In this document: piece after piece, positions 1 through 9,522 of the stretch | How the letters are laid out: each line of letters opens with the position of its first letter | Position numbering within the stretch: the stretch's first letter is position 1 | DNA from: Actinomycetales bacterium | Lineage (GTDB): Bacteria > Actinomycetota > Actinomycetes > Actinomycetales > BWSM-131 | Assembly (NCBI GenBank): GCA_030149025.1 | Contig: JASBSH010000005.1 | Location: forward strand, 1-41,372 | Direction: 5' to 3' | Length of the DNA: 41,372 nt | The notes under the pieces: generated by a model | What the model was told of the DNA's origin: nothing | Databases searched by the model: none | Seen by the model: the letters and a program-made list of their open reading frames with translations, nothing else | Made by a program: the position numbers and the translations under genes

Positions 1-182
1 GACGACCGGCCAATGCGTTTGGCAGCGGGCGGTTTTCGGCTGTGCGCAATGTTAGCGTAGGATGCCTTTAACGCGATGGCGGCCGTGACCGGCGCAAACA
101 CCTGCAGAGTGAAACAGGACAATGCGCAGCCGCCAGAGCAGCCGCCTGCTGAACAGGAGCCGGAGCACACGACTGAGCCGGT

Positions 183-212
183 TTGACCCTGGTGCGGCCG
201 GGTCCGTACTCT
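183..212 (+). promoter_or_regulatory. candidate sigma-A-type promoter for rplU-rpmA (TTGACC, 18-nt spacer, TACTCT)
   Basis: TTGACC at 183-188 and TACTCT at 207-212, about 115 nt upstream of the rplU GTG. A 7-bp hairpin (221-227/238-244) lies in the putative leader. Motif match only. Confidence 0.3.
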
Positions 213-325
213 TGACCTTCGGCACGCTGCACCCTCGGCGTGCCCTGCTGTGTGCTCCCCGGGACGACCAGGTCGCTGCGCGGTGAAGCACCAGCATTCG
301 AACGACGTCAGAAAGCGAGCTCAAC

Positions 326-634
326 GTGTACGCGATCGTCCGTGCAGGCGGCCGTCAGGAGAAGGTCTCCGTCGGGGACGTCCTGACCATCGACAAGGTG
401 GCCGGTGACGCCGGGTCGACCGTCGAGCTCACCCCGGTGCTCCTGGTCGACGGTGACACCGTGACCAGCGACGCTGACACGCTTTCGAAGGTCACGGTGA
501 CGGCCGAGGTCCTGGCCGCCACCAAGGGCCCGAAGATCCACATCCTCAAGTACAAGAACAAGACCGGCTACCGCAAGCGCCAGGGTCACCGGCAGAAGCT
601 GACCCAGGTGAAGGTCACCGGCATCGACAAGTGA
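326..634 (+). CDS. rplU: 50S ribosomal protein L21 (bL21)
   Basis: GTG start. Translation [14 protein letters not shown]...[16 protein letters not shown] is canonical bL21. Followed directly by rpmA, as in most bacteria. Confidence 0.97.
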   Translation: MYAIVRAGGRQEKVSVGDVLTIDKVAGDAGSTVELTPVLLVDGDTVTSDADTLSKVTVTAEVLAATKGPKIHILKYKNKTGYRKRQGHRQKLTQVKVTGIDK

Positions 635-648
635 GGCGGTAGCAGCAC

Positions 649-912
649 ATGGCACACAAGAAGGGCGCAAGCTCCACCCGCAACGGTCGTGACTCCAACG
701 CTCAGCGTCTCGGTGTGAAGCGGTTCGGCGGCCAGCAGGTCAACGCCGGCGAGATCATCGTCCGCCAGCGCGGCACGCACTTCCACCCCGGCGAGAACGT
801 GGGCCGCGGCAGCGACGACACCCTTTTCGCCCTGGCCGCCGGTGCCGTGGAGTTCGGCACCAAGCGCGGGCGCAAGACGGTGAGCATCGTCGCTCCGGCC
901 GGCGGCCAGTGA
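649..912 (+). CDS. rpmA: 50S ribosomal protein L27 (bL27)
   Basis: [29 protein letters not shown]...IIVRQRGT is the canonical bL27 N-terminus. Lies 14 nt after rplU. Confidence 0.97.
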   Translation: MAHKKGASSTRNGRDSNAQRLGVKRFGGQQVNAGEIIVRQRGTHFHPGENVGRGSDDTLFALAAGAVEFGTKRGRKTVSIVAPAGGQ

Positions 913-947
913 GGCTCGCCGCGAACTGACGCGCATCAAACGCAGGT

Positions 948-984
948 CCGAAGGGGTGAGCCGGTGACCGGCTCACCCCTTCGG
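948..984 (+). terminator. 17-bp perfect hairpin after rpmA (I-shaped terminator candidate, no U-tract)
   Basis: CCGAAGGGGTGAGCCGG (948-964) pairs perfectly with CCGGCTCACCCCTTCGG (968-984), with a 3-nt loop. Lies 36 nt after the rpmA stop. Confidence 0.5.
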
Positions 985-1014
985 CGTCCCAACGGCCGAG
1001 GCCTTGAGAACACA

Positions 1015-1074
1015 ACCTCTGGTGGGTTTCCGTGGTTTCGGAGCCCATCGAGACCACGGAAACCCACCAGAGGT
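1015..1074 (+). promoter_or_regulatory. 22-bp perfect hairpin in the obg 5' region (function unknown)
   Basis: Positions 1015-1036 pair base-for-base with 1053-1074 (core CCTCTGGTGGGTTTCCGTGGT / ACCACGGAAACCCACCAGAGG). The loop is 16 nt and can extend by a few more pairs. The hairpin ends 22 nt before the obg Shine-Dalgarno sequence. Confidence 0.5.
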
Positions 1075-1111
1075 CGAGCCGGCTTTGACGACCCAGGAAG
1101 GAGGTCGAACA

Positions 1112-2659
1112 GTGGCGACATTCGTCGACAAGGTCGTCCTGCACGTGGCAGGCGGGGACGGCGGGCACGGCTGCACGTCCGTGCACCGGGAGAAGTTCAA
1201 GCCGCTGGGCGGCCCGGACGGCGGCAACGGAGGCCGCGGGGGAGACGTCATCCTCGAGGTCGACCCGTCCACCACCACACTGCTGGAGTACCACCACAGC
1301 CCGCACCGGCGTGCCCAGAACGGCCGGCCCGGTCAAGGCAAGCTGCGCCACGGCGCCGACGGCGACGACCTCGTGCTCCGTGTCCCCTCCGGCACGATCG
1401 TGAAGAGCACCGATGGTGAGCTGATCGCAGACCTCGTCGGTGCGGGCACCCGCTTCACCGTGGCCCCGGGCGGTCGCGGCGGCCTCGGCAACGCGGCTCT
1501 TGCCTCCCCGCGCCGCAAGGCACCGGGCTTCGCGCTGCTCGGCGAGCCGGGCTGGTCCGGTGACGTCGTCCTGGAGCTGAAGACCGTCGCCGACGTGGCC
1601 CTCGTCGGCTTCCCCAGCGCCGGCAAGTCCAGCCTCATCGCGGCGCTGTCCGCGGCCCGGCCGAAGATCGCCGACTATCCGTTCACCACGCTGGTGCCGA
1701 ACCTCGGGGTCGTCGAGGCCGGCGACGTCCGGTACACCGTCGCCGACGTACCCGGGCTGATCCCCGGCGCGAGCCAGGGCAAGGGCCTCGGCCTGGAGTT
1801 CCTGCGGCACGTCGAACGGTGCTCCGTCCTGCTCCACGTTCTCGACTGCGCCACCCTCGAGCCGGGTCGTGACCCGCTCAGCGACCTCGAGGTGATCGAG
1901 GCGGAGCTGGCCGCCTACGCGGTCGAGGTGGACAGCCACGGCGGCGCCGTCCCCCTCAACGAGCGCCCCCGGCTGGTCGCCCTCAACAAGGTCGACGTGC
2001 CCGACGGCCGGGAGCTCGCCGACCTGGTCAAGCCGGAGCTCGAGGCCCGTGGCTACCCTGTCTTCGAGATCTCGGCAGTATCCCGCCAGGGCCTGCGCGA
2101 GCTGTCGTTCGCCATGGCGAAGCTGGTGCAACAGGCCCGCGAGGCCCACGCGATCGTCGAAGCGCCGCGCGTCGTGCTGCGGCCGAAGGCCGTGGACGAC
2201 ACGGGTTTCACCGTGACGCGTGAGCCCAGCAACGCCAACGACGCCGGCGAAATCTTCCGCGTGCGCGGGGCGCGCCCCGAGCGCTGGGTCCGCCAGACGG
2301 ACTTCTCCAACGACGAGGCCGTCGGGTACCTCGCCGACCGCCTGGCGCGCCTCGGCGTCGAGGACGCGCTGCTGGAGGCCGGCGCAGTGGCCGGCTCGGA
2401 GGTCCACATCGGGTCTGCCGACGACGCCGTCGTCTTCGACTGGGAGCCGACACTCGTCGGTGGCATCTCCGGCGGTGCCGCCAGCCCGCGCGGCACGGAC
2501 GTGCGCCTCGACGACCGGCATCGGCCGACACGCGACGAGAAGCGGCAGCAGTACGCCGACCGCCGCGAGGCCAAGGCGACGGCCCGTGAGGAGCTCGCGC
2601 ACGAGCGGGCGGCCGGACGGTGGACCGACCCGGACGACGACACGCACGGGGCGGGGTGA
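1112..2659 (+). CDS. obg: GTPase Obg/CgtA
   Basis: Obg-fold N-terminus [22 protein letters not shown]-domain motifs [20 protein letters not shown]-terminal extension domain ([26 protein letters not shown]). Start moved from the track's 1004 to GTG 1112, preceded by GGAAGGAGG (1096-1104). Confidence 0.95.
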   Translation: MATFVDKVVLHVAGGDGGHGCTSVHREKFKPLGGPDGGNGGRGGDVILEVDPSTTTLLEYHHSPHRRAQNGRPGQGKLRHGADGDDLVLRVPSGTIVKSTDGELIADLVGAGTRFTVAPGGRGGLGNAALASPRRKAPGFALLGEPGWSGDVVLELKTVADVALVGFPSAGKSSLIAALSAARPKIADYPFTTLVPNLGVVEAGDVRYTVADVPGLIPGASQGKGLGLEFLRHVERCSVLLHVLDCATLEPGRDPLSDLEVIEAELAAYAVEVDSHGGAVPLNERPRLVALNKVDVPDGRELADLVKPELEARGYPVFEISAVSRQGLRELSFAMAKLVQQAREAHAIVEAPRVVLRPKAVDDTGFTVTREPSNANDAGEIFRVRGARPERWVRQTDFSNDEAVGYLADRLARLGVEDALLEAGAVAGSEVHIGSADDAVVFDWEPTLVGGISGGAASPRGTDVRLDDRHRPTRDEKRQQYADRREAKATAREELAHERAAGRWTDPDDDTHGAG

Positions 2660-3792
2660 TGGCTCGCGCCGTACTACGCGGCAGGGAGGAGCTGCCCTCG
2701 GCCGGGCGGATCGTCGTCAAGGTGGGTTCCTCCTCCCTCACCGATGCCTCCGGCGCACTGGACGGCGACAGGCTGGTCGCTCTGGTGGGGGCGCTCGCGG
2801 CCAGGCGGCTGGCCGGTCTCGACGTCGTCCTCGTGTCCTCCGGTGCCATCGCCGCCGGTCTGGGTCCGCTCGGGCTCGTCCGCCGGCCCCGCGACCTCGC
2901 CACGCAGCAGGCCGCGGCCAGCGTCGGGCAGGGCAGGCTCGTCGCCAGGTACACCGCGGCGTTCCACCGCCATGCCATCCCGGTCGGGCAGGTCCTGCTG
3001 ACCGCCGACGACGTCGTCCGCAGGACGCACTACCGCAACGCGCAACGCACGCTGTACCGGCTGCTGGGACTCGGGGTCGTGCCGGTGGTCAACGAGAACG
3101 ACACCGTGGCAACGCAGGAGATCCGGTTCGGGGACAACGACCGGCTGGCCGCCCTGGTCGCCCACCTCGTGCACGCCGATGCCCTGGTGCTCCTCAGTGA
3201 CGTCGACGCCCTCTACGACGGCCCGCCGTCACGTCCGGGGGCACGACGGATCGAAAGGGTGCGTCGCCTGGGCGAGCTTGACCAGGTGGAGATCGGCTCG
3301 ACCGGCAGCAGTGTCGGCACCGGGGGCATGGTCACGAAGATCGAGGCCTGCCGCATCGCGACGTCCTCCGGGATACCCGCGCTCCTGACGAGCGCCGACA
3401 ACGTCGAGGACGCGCTGACCGGCAACCCCGTCGGCACCTGGTTCGACGCCACCGGGCGCCGCACGCCCACCCGCTTGCTGTGGTTGGCCCACGCCGCCAA
3501 CCCGCGGGGCGACCTGGTCCTCGACGCCGGCGCCGTGGAGGCAGTGGTGAAGCGCCGCGCATCGCTCCTGCCCGCCGGCGTGGTGGAGGTCCGCGGCGCG
3601 TTCGAGGCCCGGGACCCGGTGGACCTGTGCGACCAAAGCGGCCACGTTCACGCGCGCGGGCTGGTGAACTACTCCTCGAAGGAGCTGCCGGGCCTGCTCG
3701 GCCGCTCGACGCGGGAGCTCGTGCAGTCCCTCGGAAAGGGGTACGACAAGGAGCTCGTGCACCGCGACGACTTGGTACTGCTCGTGCCCTGA
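2659..3792 (+). CDS. proB: glutamate 5-kinase
   Basis: RIVVKVGSSSLTD amino-acid-kinase N-terminus, NENDTV motif, PUA-like C-terminus. ATG 2659 overlaps the obg stop TGA 2657-2659. Confidence 0.95.
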   Translation: MARAVLRGREELPSAGRIVVKVGSSSLTDASGALDGDRLVALVGALAARRLAGLDVVLVSSGAIAAGLGPLGLVRRPRDLATQQAAASVGQGRLVARYTAAFHRHAIPVGQVLLTADDVVRRTHYRNAQRTLYRLLGLGVVPVVNENDTVATQEIRFGDNDRLAALVAHLVHADALVLLSDVDALYDGPPSRPGARRIERVRRLGELDQVEIGSTGSSVGTGGMVTKIEACRIATSSGIPALLTSADNVEDALTGNPVGTWFDATGRRTPTRLLWLAHAANPRGDLVLDAGAVEAVVKRRASLLPAGVVEVRGAFEARDPVDLCDQSGHVHARGLVNYSSKELPGLLGRSTRELVQSLGKGYDKELVHRDDLVLLVP

Positions 3793-3826
3793 TGAGAGGA
3801 GCAGTCTGCTGACTGGACAGCGGTCC

Positions 3827-4201
3827 GTGGACGAGATCACCACCGTGTCGGCCGTGCGTGAGCTGCCCGTCTGGCACGTCACCGTCGTGCTGGCCGGCGA
3901 GCCGGTCGACGTGCGCTCGCTGGTCCGCGGGCTGGAGACGCTGCTGGACCACCAGCCGTTCCTCGGGTCCGCGCGCTACGGGCGCGACAGGGTGGAGCTC
4001 CGCTACTGGGACGAGGCGGAGGACGTCGACGACGCCGCCGCCATGGCGCTGCGCATCTGGCCCGAGCACCGGGACCTCGCAGGCCTGCCGGACTGGCACG
4101 TCGTGGGCCTCGAGGTGCTCGACCGCGAGACGCTGCGTGAACGCCGCGATCGGGGCCTCGTCCCGGAAACGTTGGTGCTCGGGGAGATCCGACCCCTGTA
4201 A
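3827..4201 (+). CDS. hypothetical protein (124 aa) between proB and proA
   Basis: GTG start, TAA stop. Codon third positions are strongly G/C, like the flanking genes. Acidic, non-repetitive sequence. I recognise no family. Confidence 0.6.
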   Translation: MDEITTVSAVRELPVWHVTVVLAGEPVDVRSLVRGLETLLDHQPFLGSARYGRDRVELRYWDEAEDVDDAAAMALRIWPEHRDLAGLPDWHVVGLEVLDRETLRERRDRGLVPETLVLGEIRPL

Positions 4202-4238
4202 CGGAATCACCGCGTGTGCCCCCACGTACCCTGGTGAC

Positions 4239-5507
4239 ATGACCGACCCGGTGCGTGACGCCGTCCTCGAGACCTGCCGGCGGGCCCGAACAGCGGCTCG
4301 CGCGCTGGCGCCGTCCAGGCGCGTGACGAAGGACGCCGCGCTGCACGCGATCGCGGACGCCCTGGTTGCGGCCGCGGACCGGATCGAGGCCGCGAACCGG
4401 TTCGACCGGGAGCGTGGCGAGAGCGGTGGGCTCACGACCGGTCTGCTGGACCGGCTGCGGCTCGACGCCGGCCGCATCGCCTCGATCGCCGACGCCGTGC
4501 GGGACGTCGCCGCCCTGCCCGACCCGGTCGGTGAGGTCGTGCGGGGGCAGATCCTGCCGAACGGCTTGCGCCTCAACCAGATTCGCGTGCCGATGGGCGT
4601 GGTGGGCATGGTCTACGAGGCGCGCCCGAACGTCACCGTCGACGCCGCTGCCCTGGCGCTCAAGAGCGGTAACGCCGCCGTGCTGCGCGGTGGTTCCGCC
4701 GCGCTGGAGACCAACCGTGTGCTCGTGGACGTGATCCGGGACGCGCTCGCCTCCGTCGGTCTTCCCGCGGACGCGGTCCAGAGCATCGACGAGCACGGCC
4801 GGGACGGCGTCACGCACCTCATGCGCGCACGCGGGCTCGTCGACGTGCTCATCCCGCGGGGCGGGGTCGGCCTGATCTCCTCGGTCGTGGAGAACTCGAC
4901 GGTTCCCGTGATCGAGACCGGCGTCGGCAACTGCCACGTGTACGTCGACGCGTCCGCCGACCCGGAGCAGGCACGGTCCATCGTGCTCAACTCCAAGACC
5001 CACCGGCCGAGCGTGTGCAACGCCGCCGAGACGCTGCTGGTGCACGCCGACCTGCGCGAGACGCTCCTGCCGCAACTGCTGGCGGACCTGGCGGCGGCCG
5101 GTGTCGTGCTGCACGGTGACGAGCGGGCAATGGCTGCTGCGCCGCACGGGGTGGAGGTCAAGCCGGCAACGGAGGCGGACTGGGCGACCGAGTACCTCGC
5201 GCTGGAGATGGCCGTGGGGGTCGTCGACGACGTCGACGAGGCGATCGCGCACATCGACAGGTGGTCCAGCGGCCACACCGAGGCGATCGTCACGACGGAC
5301 CTGCGGGCGGCGAACGAGTTCACCGCCCGGGTCGACTCGGCGGCCGTGATGGTGAACGCCTCCACCCGCTTCACCGACGGCGGGGAGCTGGGCCTCGGCG
5401 CCGAGATCGGCATCTCGACGCAGAAGCTGCACGCCCGGGGACCGATGGGGCTGACCGAGCTGACCACCACCCGGTGGATCGTGCAGGGCGACGGCCACAC
5501 CCGCTGA
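4239..5507 (+). CDS. proA: gamma-glutamyl phosphate reductase
   Basis: [11 protein letters not shown]..., [36 protein letters not shown], catalytic Cys context [13 protein letters not shown]. The track ORF (3858..) is an upstream in-frame extension; ATG 4239 gives a normal-length ProA. Confidence 0.95.
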   Translation: MTDPVRDAVLETCRRARTAARALAPSRRVTKDAALHAIADALVAAADRIEAANRFDRERGESGGLTTGLLDRLRLDAGRIASIADAVRDVAALPDPVGEVVRGQILPNGLRLNQIRVPMGVVGMVYEARPNVTVDAAALALKSGNAAVLRGGSAALETNRVLVDVIRDALASVGLPADAVQSIDEHGRDGVTHLMRARGLVDVLIPRGGVGLISSVVENSTVPVIETGVGNCHVYVDASADPEQARSIVLNSKTHRPSVCNAAETLLVHADLRETLLPQLLADLAAAGVVLHGDERAMAAAPHGVEVKPATEADWATEYLALEMAVGVVDDVDEAIAHIDRWSSGHTEAIVTTDLRAANEFTARVDSAAVMVNASTRFTDGGELGLGAEIGISTQKLHARGPMGLTELTTTRWIVQGDGHTR

Positions 5508-5533
5508 GCCGTGCCACCCACCCCCCATCCCGG

Positions 5534-5554
5534 TGATCATGAAATCGCGGTTCA
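5534..5554 (+). repeat. solo, degenerate copy of the TGATCATG-core repeat family
   Basis: TGATCATGAAATCGCGGTTCA matches TGATCATGACATCCCGGTTCA (34974-34994) at 19 of 21 positions. Lies in the proA-downstream spacer. Confidence 0.6.
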
Positions 5555-5627
5555 GCGCGCCTACCCGGGGGCCGGCAACGGCACCCGTGCCAGACTGTGC
5601 CCAGCAGTCGTAGTTCGAAGGGGAGTC

Positions 5628-5807
5628 ATGGTGGCGATGTTGATCTCGGCGTTGGTACCGGCACTTCTGTCTGCCGTCGAGCAGGCTGAGGAGACCCGCC
5701 GGGAGCTTCCCATGCCGCCCATCGCCTACGGGCTGATCGCGCTGGGCACGGCGTTCGTGCTGCTGATGATCACCGTCGCGTTCCGCAGCGTCGGCAAGCG
5801 GCACTGA
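5628..5807 (+). CDS. small hydrophobic protein (59 aa, two predicted TM helices), unknown function
   Basis: ATG 5628 preceded by GAAGGGGAG. Translation [17 protein letters not shown]...[21 protein letters not shown]. The track ORF start (5511) lies inside the repeat-containing spacer. Confidence 0.5.
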   Translation: MVAMLISALVPALLSAVEQAEETRRELPMPPIAYGLIALGTAFVLLMITVAFRSVGKRH

Positions 5808-5829
5808 CCCGGTAGCCCACCACAGCGCC

Positions 5830-6426
5830 ATGGCAGGCCGACTGCGCCTCGGCGTCATGGGCGGCACCTTCGACCCCATCCACCACGGTCACCTCGTGGC
5901 CGCCAGCGAGGTCCAGAGCGTGTTCGGGCTCGACGAGGTCGTGTTCGTGCCGACCGGGCAGCCCTGGCAGAAGGACGCGCGAGCGGTCTCACCGGTCGAA
6001 CACCGCTACCTCATGACGGTGATCGCCACTGCCTCCAATCCCCGGTTCACCGTGAGCAGGGTGGACGTCGACCGTCCGGGTCCGACGTACACGATCGACA
6101 CGCTGCGGGAGCTGAAGGCCCAGCGCGGTGACGTGGAGATGTTCTTCATCACCGGTGCCGACGCCCTCGCGCAGATCCTGTCCTGGAAGGACATCGACGA
6201 GCTGTGGTCACTGGCCCACTTCATCGGCGTGACCCGTCCGGGCCACACGCTGAGTGACACGGGACTGCCGGAGAACGGCGTCAGCCTGCTCGAGGTGCCG
6301 GCGATGGCGATCTCGTCCACCGACTGCCGGCAGCGCGTCCGAGCGGGTGAGCCGGTCTGGTACCTCGTGCCGGACGGCGTCGTGCAGTACATCGGGAAGT
6401 ACCGGCTCTACCGGGAGCACGGGTGA
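5830..6426 (+). CDS. nadD: nicotinate-nucleotide adenylyltransferase
   Basis: [15 protein letters not shown] nucleotidyltransferase motif. Length and ISSTDCR C-terminal motif are typical of NadD. Confidence 0.95.
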   Translation: MAGRLRLGVMGGTFDPIHHGHLVAASEVQSVFGLDEVVFVPTGQPWQKDARAVSPVEHRYLMTVIATASNPRFTVSRVDVDRPGPTYTIDTLRELKAQRGDVEMFFITGADALAQILSWKDIDELWSLAHFIGVTRPGHTLSDTGLPENGVSLLEVPAMAISSTDCRQRVRAGEPVWYLVPDGVVQYIGKYRLYREHG

Positions 6427-8129
6427 ACCCAGCTCAGGGCGGTAAGGGCAACGCGCGCGAGAGCCACGCCGTCGGCGAGCGCCGCCGGCGTCGGCTCGCC
6501 GAGCGTCAGGCCCAGCTGCGAGCGCAGCAGCTCGCCGGGCGGGCACAGCAGGACGGGTCCGACGACGACCCGGAGCAGCGGACTCCGCCTGCCCCGTCCA
6601 CGCTGCCCGTGACGCGGCGGGAGCGGCGGGAGGCCGAGCTGCGCCTGGCGGGCGCCCAGGCCGAGCAGCAGGAGGCCGAGCAGCCCGAGCCGTGGACGAC
6701 CCCTGACCCCGAGCCGGAACGCGATCCAGACCCGGAACCGGACCCGGCGCCCGAGCAACCACAGCGCGCCCGCCGGCCGCACCGGCGTACCGTCGTCCGC
6801 CCCCCGTCGGCGACGATGCGCACGTCCGGCCCGGCGACAGGGGAGATCCCGGCCGTGCGGGCACGTGAGCGGCGAGGGGAGCGGCGTGCTGCCGGCACTG
6901 CGCCGGCGACGAGCGGACAGCGCGGCGACGTCGTCCCCGTGCGCGCAGCCGCGCCACGTCGCCGATGGTGGCTGCTTGCCGCGGTAGTGGCCGCGCTCGT
7001 CGCGGTGGCTGCGATCGCCATCTGGCTGATCGGCCGCGGCGACGATGGCGGCTCCGGCGCCACCGAGGGCCAGCCCCCGAGCCAGCGCACCGTGCTCCTG
7101 GCCCTGGCCGACGAGGAGAGGGACGTGCTGGGCGCGGCCCTCCTCGGGACCGACGGCAAGCAGTCCTCGGCCCTGCTGGTGCCGAGCCAGTTGCTCGTCG
7201 ACGTCGCGGGCGGCGGTCGCGTGCCGGTGAGGGACTTTCTGGACACCGGCGACTCCGCGCCCGGGCAGGCCCTCGAGGACCTGCTGGACGTGCGCGTGGA
7301 CGGCACCTGGGTGCTGAGCACACAGGGACTGGCCGGCCTCGTCGACGGGCTCGGCGGGATCGTCGTCGACGTCACGACCTCCGTCACCTCGGGGCAGGTC
7401 GCGGTGCCGCAGGGGCAGGGCCAGAAGCTCACGGGCGCCCAGGCCGTCGCCTACGCCACCTACCTCGGCCGTGGGGAGCCGGAACCGGTTCGCGCTGCCC
7501 GCACCTCGCAGGTGCTCACCGGCCTGCTGGGCGCGATGCCCGATTCGGCGGGGGAGGTCGGCACCAGGCTGGACGCACTCGGGGCCACCAGCCGCTCCAC
7601 CCTGTCGACGCCCGACCTGGCGGCGCGACTCGCCGACCTCGTCAAGACTCAGCGCGCAGGCGATCTCGGCGCGACCGTGCTCCCCGTCAAGGAGATCTCC
7701 GCCGGCGGGGACCAGACGATCTACGGCCTGGACGCCGCGGAGGCGGCTTCCGTCGTGGAGTCGCGGTTCGCGGGGGCGCAGCGACCGGGAGGCGAGGACG
7801 TCGTCCGCGTGCTCGTGCAGAACGGCGTCGGGACACCGGGGCTGGGAGAGCAGGCCCGGGACCGGCTCGTGGACGCCGGCATGCGGTTCGTCAGCGGCGG
7901 CAACGCCGCCACCCTGGGCCGGGAGAAGACAGTCGTCGCCATTCCCAGCGACGGCCAGCGTGACCGGGAGCGCGCAGCCGCGGTGGCGAAGGCGCTGGGG
8001 CTGCCGGACGACGTCATCGCCGTCGGCAAGGACCAACCCACGCTCGCCGACGTCGTCGTCGTGCTGGGCGAGGACTTCGCGGCGAAGGTCAGCAGCACCA
8101 CACCGGCCGGTGCGACGACCTCCCCGTGA
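6423..8129 (+). CDS. membrane-anchored LCP-like protein with LytR_C C-terminal domain and a long disordered Pro/Glu/Arg-rich N-terminus
   Basis: GTG 6423 overlaps the nadD stop (GTGA). Single [24 protein letters not shown]. Central region resembles LytR-CpsA-Psr ([16 protein letters not shown]). C-terminus [36 protein letters not shown] is LytR_C-like. The nadD-LCP-rsfS arrangement is common in actinobacteria. Confidence 0.8.
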   Translation: MNPAQGGKGNARESHAVGERRRRRLAERQAQLRAQQLAGRAQQDGSDDDPEQRTPPAPSTLPVTRRERREAELRLAGAQAEQQEAEQPEPWTTPDPEPERDPDPEPDPAPEQPQRARRPHRRTVVRPPSATMRTSGPATGEIPAVRARERRGERRAAGTAPATSGQRGDVVPVRAAAPRRRWWLLAAVVAALVAVAAIAIWLIGRGDDGGSGATEGQPPSQRTVLLALADEERDVLGAALLGTDGKQSSALLVPSQLLVDVAGGGRVPVRDFLDTGDSAPGQALEDLLDVRVDGTWVLSTQGLAGLVDGLGGIVVDVTTSVTSGQVAVPQGQGQKLTGAQAVAYATYLGRGEPEPVRAARTSQVLTGLLGAMPDSAGEVGTRLDALGATSRSTLSTPDLAARLADLVKTQRAGDLGATVLPVKEISAGGDQTIYGLDAAEAASVVESRFAGAQRPGGEDVVRVLVQNGVGTPGLGEQARDRLVDAGMRFVSGGNAATLGREKTVVAIPSDGQRDRERAAAVAKALGLPDDVIAVGKDQPTLADVVVVLGEDFAAKVSSTTPAGATTSP

Positions 8130-8185
8130 GAGGCTGGAGGACCCCCGGAGCAGCCCGATCGAACAGCGGGCGAACAAGGAGACCA

Positions 8186-8572
8186 GTGACCGCTACCCCT
8201 CGAGCCGTTGAGCTCGCCGTCGCCGCCGCCGAGGCGGCAGCCGACAAGCTCGCAGGCGAGATCATCGCCCTGGACGTGAGCGACCAGCTCGTGATCACCG
8301 ACGCGTTCGTGGTCGCCTCCGCCGACAACGACCGGCAGGTCCGGGCCGTCGTCGACGCCGTCGAGGAGCGGCTCGCCAAGCTGGGCGCCAAACCCGTGCG
8401 CCGGGAGGGCCTGCGTGAGGCCCGGTGGGTGCTGCTGGACTACAACGACGTGGTCGTCCACGTGCAGCACCAGGAGGACCGGGAGTTCTACGCCCTGGAG
8501 CGGCTGTGGAAGGACTGCCCCGTCATCGAGCTGCCAGAGCACGTTCTCGGCGGCCGCGGGCCTGCCGAGTGA
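8186..8572 (+). CDS. rsfS: ribosome silencing factor RsfS (iojap family)
   Basis: GEIIALDVSDQLVITDAFVVASADNDRQVRAV...WVLLDYNDVVVHVQHQEDREFYALERLW. GTG 8186 preceded by AAGGAG. Confidence 0.92.
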   Translation: MTATPRAVELAVAAAEAAADKLAGEIIALDVSDQLVITDAFVVASADNDRQVRAVVDAVEERLAKLGAKPVRREGLREARWVLLDYNDVVVHVQHQEDREFYALERLWKDCPVIELPEHVLGGRGPAE

Positions 8573-8594
8573 CGCCTTCCCGACGGCGGCGCTG

Positions 8595-9203
8595 ATGGCT
8601 GCCGAGAAGGTCGTCCTCTGGCGGCACGGCCGCACCGCCTCCAACGCCGGTGGGCTGTGGCAGGGCCAGCTCGACATCCCCCTCGACGAGGTGGGCCGGG
8701 AGCAGGCCGAGGACGCGGCTCGCGTGCTGAGCAAGCTGCCTCCGACGCGTCTGGTCGCCTCGGACCTGTCACGTGCGGCCGACACCATGGCTGCGCTGGC
8801 ACGGGTCACCGGTCTGCCGGTGGAGACCGACCCCGCGCTGCGGGAGGTGCACGCCGGTCGGTGGCAGGGCCTCAGCCGGGCGCAGATCGCCGAGCAGTGG
8901 CCGGACGAGCTGGCGGCGTGGACGCGAGGCGAGGACATCCGCCTGGGTGGGGGAGAGACACGCAGCGAGGTCGCCGAGCGGGCAGCTGCGGCGATCGAGC
9001 GGTACACCGAGTCGACCGAGTCCGGGGTGCTCGTGATCAGTAGCCACGGTGGTGCGCTGAGGGGAGCGGTGGCCCGGATGCTCGGTCTGCCCACGGGCAA
9101 CTGGGGGTCGTTCGCAGGTCTGCGCAACTGCCACTGGGGAGTGCTGGTACACGGCCGGCACGGGTGGGTCGTCGACTCCTGGAACGTCGGCGTCCTCCCC
9201 TGA
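8595..9203 (+). CDS. histidine phosphatase (phosphoglycerate-mutase-like) family protein
   Basis: LWRHGRTASN catalytic RHG motif, SSHGGALRG second His motif. Its position after rsfS matches the mycobacterial GpgP-type gene (Rv2419c context). Substrate cannot be called from sequence. Confidence 0.9.
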   Translation: MAAEKVVLWRHGRTASNAGGLWQGQLDIPLDEVGREQAEDAARVLSKLPPTRLVASDLSRAADTMAALARVTGLPVETDPALREVHAGRWQGLSRAQIAEQWPDELAAWTRGEDIRLGGGETRSEVAERAAAAIERYTESTESGVLVISSHGGALRGAVARMLGLPTGNWGSFAGLRNCHWGVLVHGRHGWVVDSWNVGVLP

Positions 9204-9228
9204 CCCCTCAAGCGTGATCATGCAGTTC
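9204..9228 (+). repeat. copy of the TGATCATGCAGTTC variant of the repeat family
   Basis: CCCCTCAAGCGTGATCATGCAGTTC matches the reverse complement of 35162-35186 at 23 of 25 positions. The 17-nt core GCGTGATCATGCAGTTC is identical. A partial inverted partner GTCATGATC lies at 9328-9336. Confidence 0.7.
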
Positions 9229-9257
9229 CGCGCGCGCAGCGGGGGGTTCCTGGGCAT

Positions 9258-9295
9258 GCGTTGACTGCCCAGGTGGGCGTTGACTGCGCAGGTGG
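9258..9295 (+). repeat. tandem 19-bp direct duplication (2 copies, 1 mismatch), each containing TTGACT
   Basis: GCGTTGACTGCCCAGGTGG (9258-9276) followed by GCGTTGACTGCGCAGGTGG (9277-9295). Then an 8-bp stem GGTGGCGG/CCGCCACC (9291-9298/9314-9321). Confidence 0.9.
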
Positions 9296-9374
9296 CGGAA
9301 ACCGCCGGGAAAGCCGCCACCCTGGCAGTCATGATCTTCACTGCACGCGCGCAGACCCGGCGATCAAGAGCGAT

Positions 9375-9404
9375 TTCTAGGGCCGGGTAGCGGTGGTCTA
9401 TGCT
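9375..9404 (+). promoter_or_regulatory. weak candidate promoter for tRNA-Ala (TTCTAG, 18-nt spacer, TATGCT)
   Basis: TATGCT at 9399-9404 lies 37 nt upstream of the tRNA 5' end. The -35 match is poor. Confidence 0.25.
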
Positions 9405-9440
9405 TTCGCAGGTCCTCGGGGCGAGAGTTCGGCAGGACGC

Positions 9441-9513
9441 GGGGCTGTGGCGCAGCTGGTAGCGCACCTCCATGGCATGGAGGGGGTCAGGGGTTCGAGT
9501 CCCCTCAGCTCCA
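9441..9513 (+). tRNA. tRNA-Ala (anticodon GGC)
   Basis: Cloverleaf read by hand. Acceptor GGGGCTG/CAGCTCC with the G3:U70 alanine identity pair. D stem GCGC/GCGC. Anticodon stem CCTCC/GGAGG with loop ATGGCAT. T arm AGGGG-TTCGAGT-CCCCT. Discriminator A. 3' CCA is not encoded (ACCC). Confidence 0.95.
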
Positions 9514-9522
9514 CCCGAACGA

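Noticed and set aside
52-324. 90-aa minus-strand ORF upstream of rplU
   Set aside because: It has no SD, a Arg/Leu/Ser-rich composition and no recognisable domain, and it occupies what is more plausibly the rplU promoter and leader.
755-2647. 630-aa minus-strand ORF antisense to obg. Similar long antisense or alternate-frame ORFs occur at 3879-5879, 6408-8177, 7721-9211, 12425-14407, 15763-17043, 18410-19612, 19864-21186, 21625-23190, 24922-26121, 37032-38507 and 39030-41330.
   Set aside because: Each lies opposite or out of frame to a gene with a clear, motif-supported product. Their translations are Arg/Gly/Pro/Ala-rich low-complexity strings. Long stop-free shadow frames are expected in DNA this GC-rich because stop codons are AT-rich.
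3858-4238. N-terminal 127-codon extension of proA suggested by the ORF track
   Set aside because: The extension overlaps the better-looking 3827-4201 frame and translates to Trp/Arg/Ser/Cys-rich sequence. The canonical ProA N-terminus begins at ATG 4239.
9258-9295. Possibility that the short tandem repeats (also 12230-12297, 24023-24062, 38577-38636) are CRISPR fragments
   Set aside because: They are head-to-tail duplications with no spacers, only 2-4 units each, different sequences at each locus, and no cas genes in the window.
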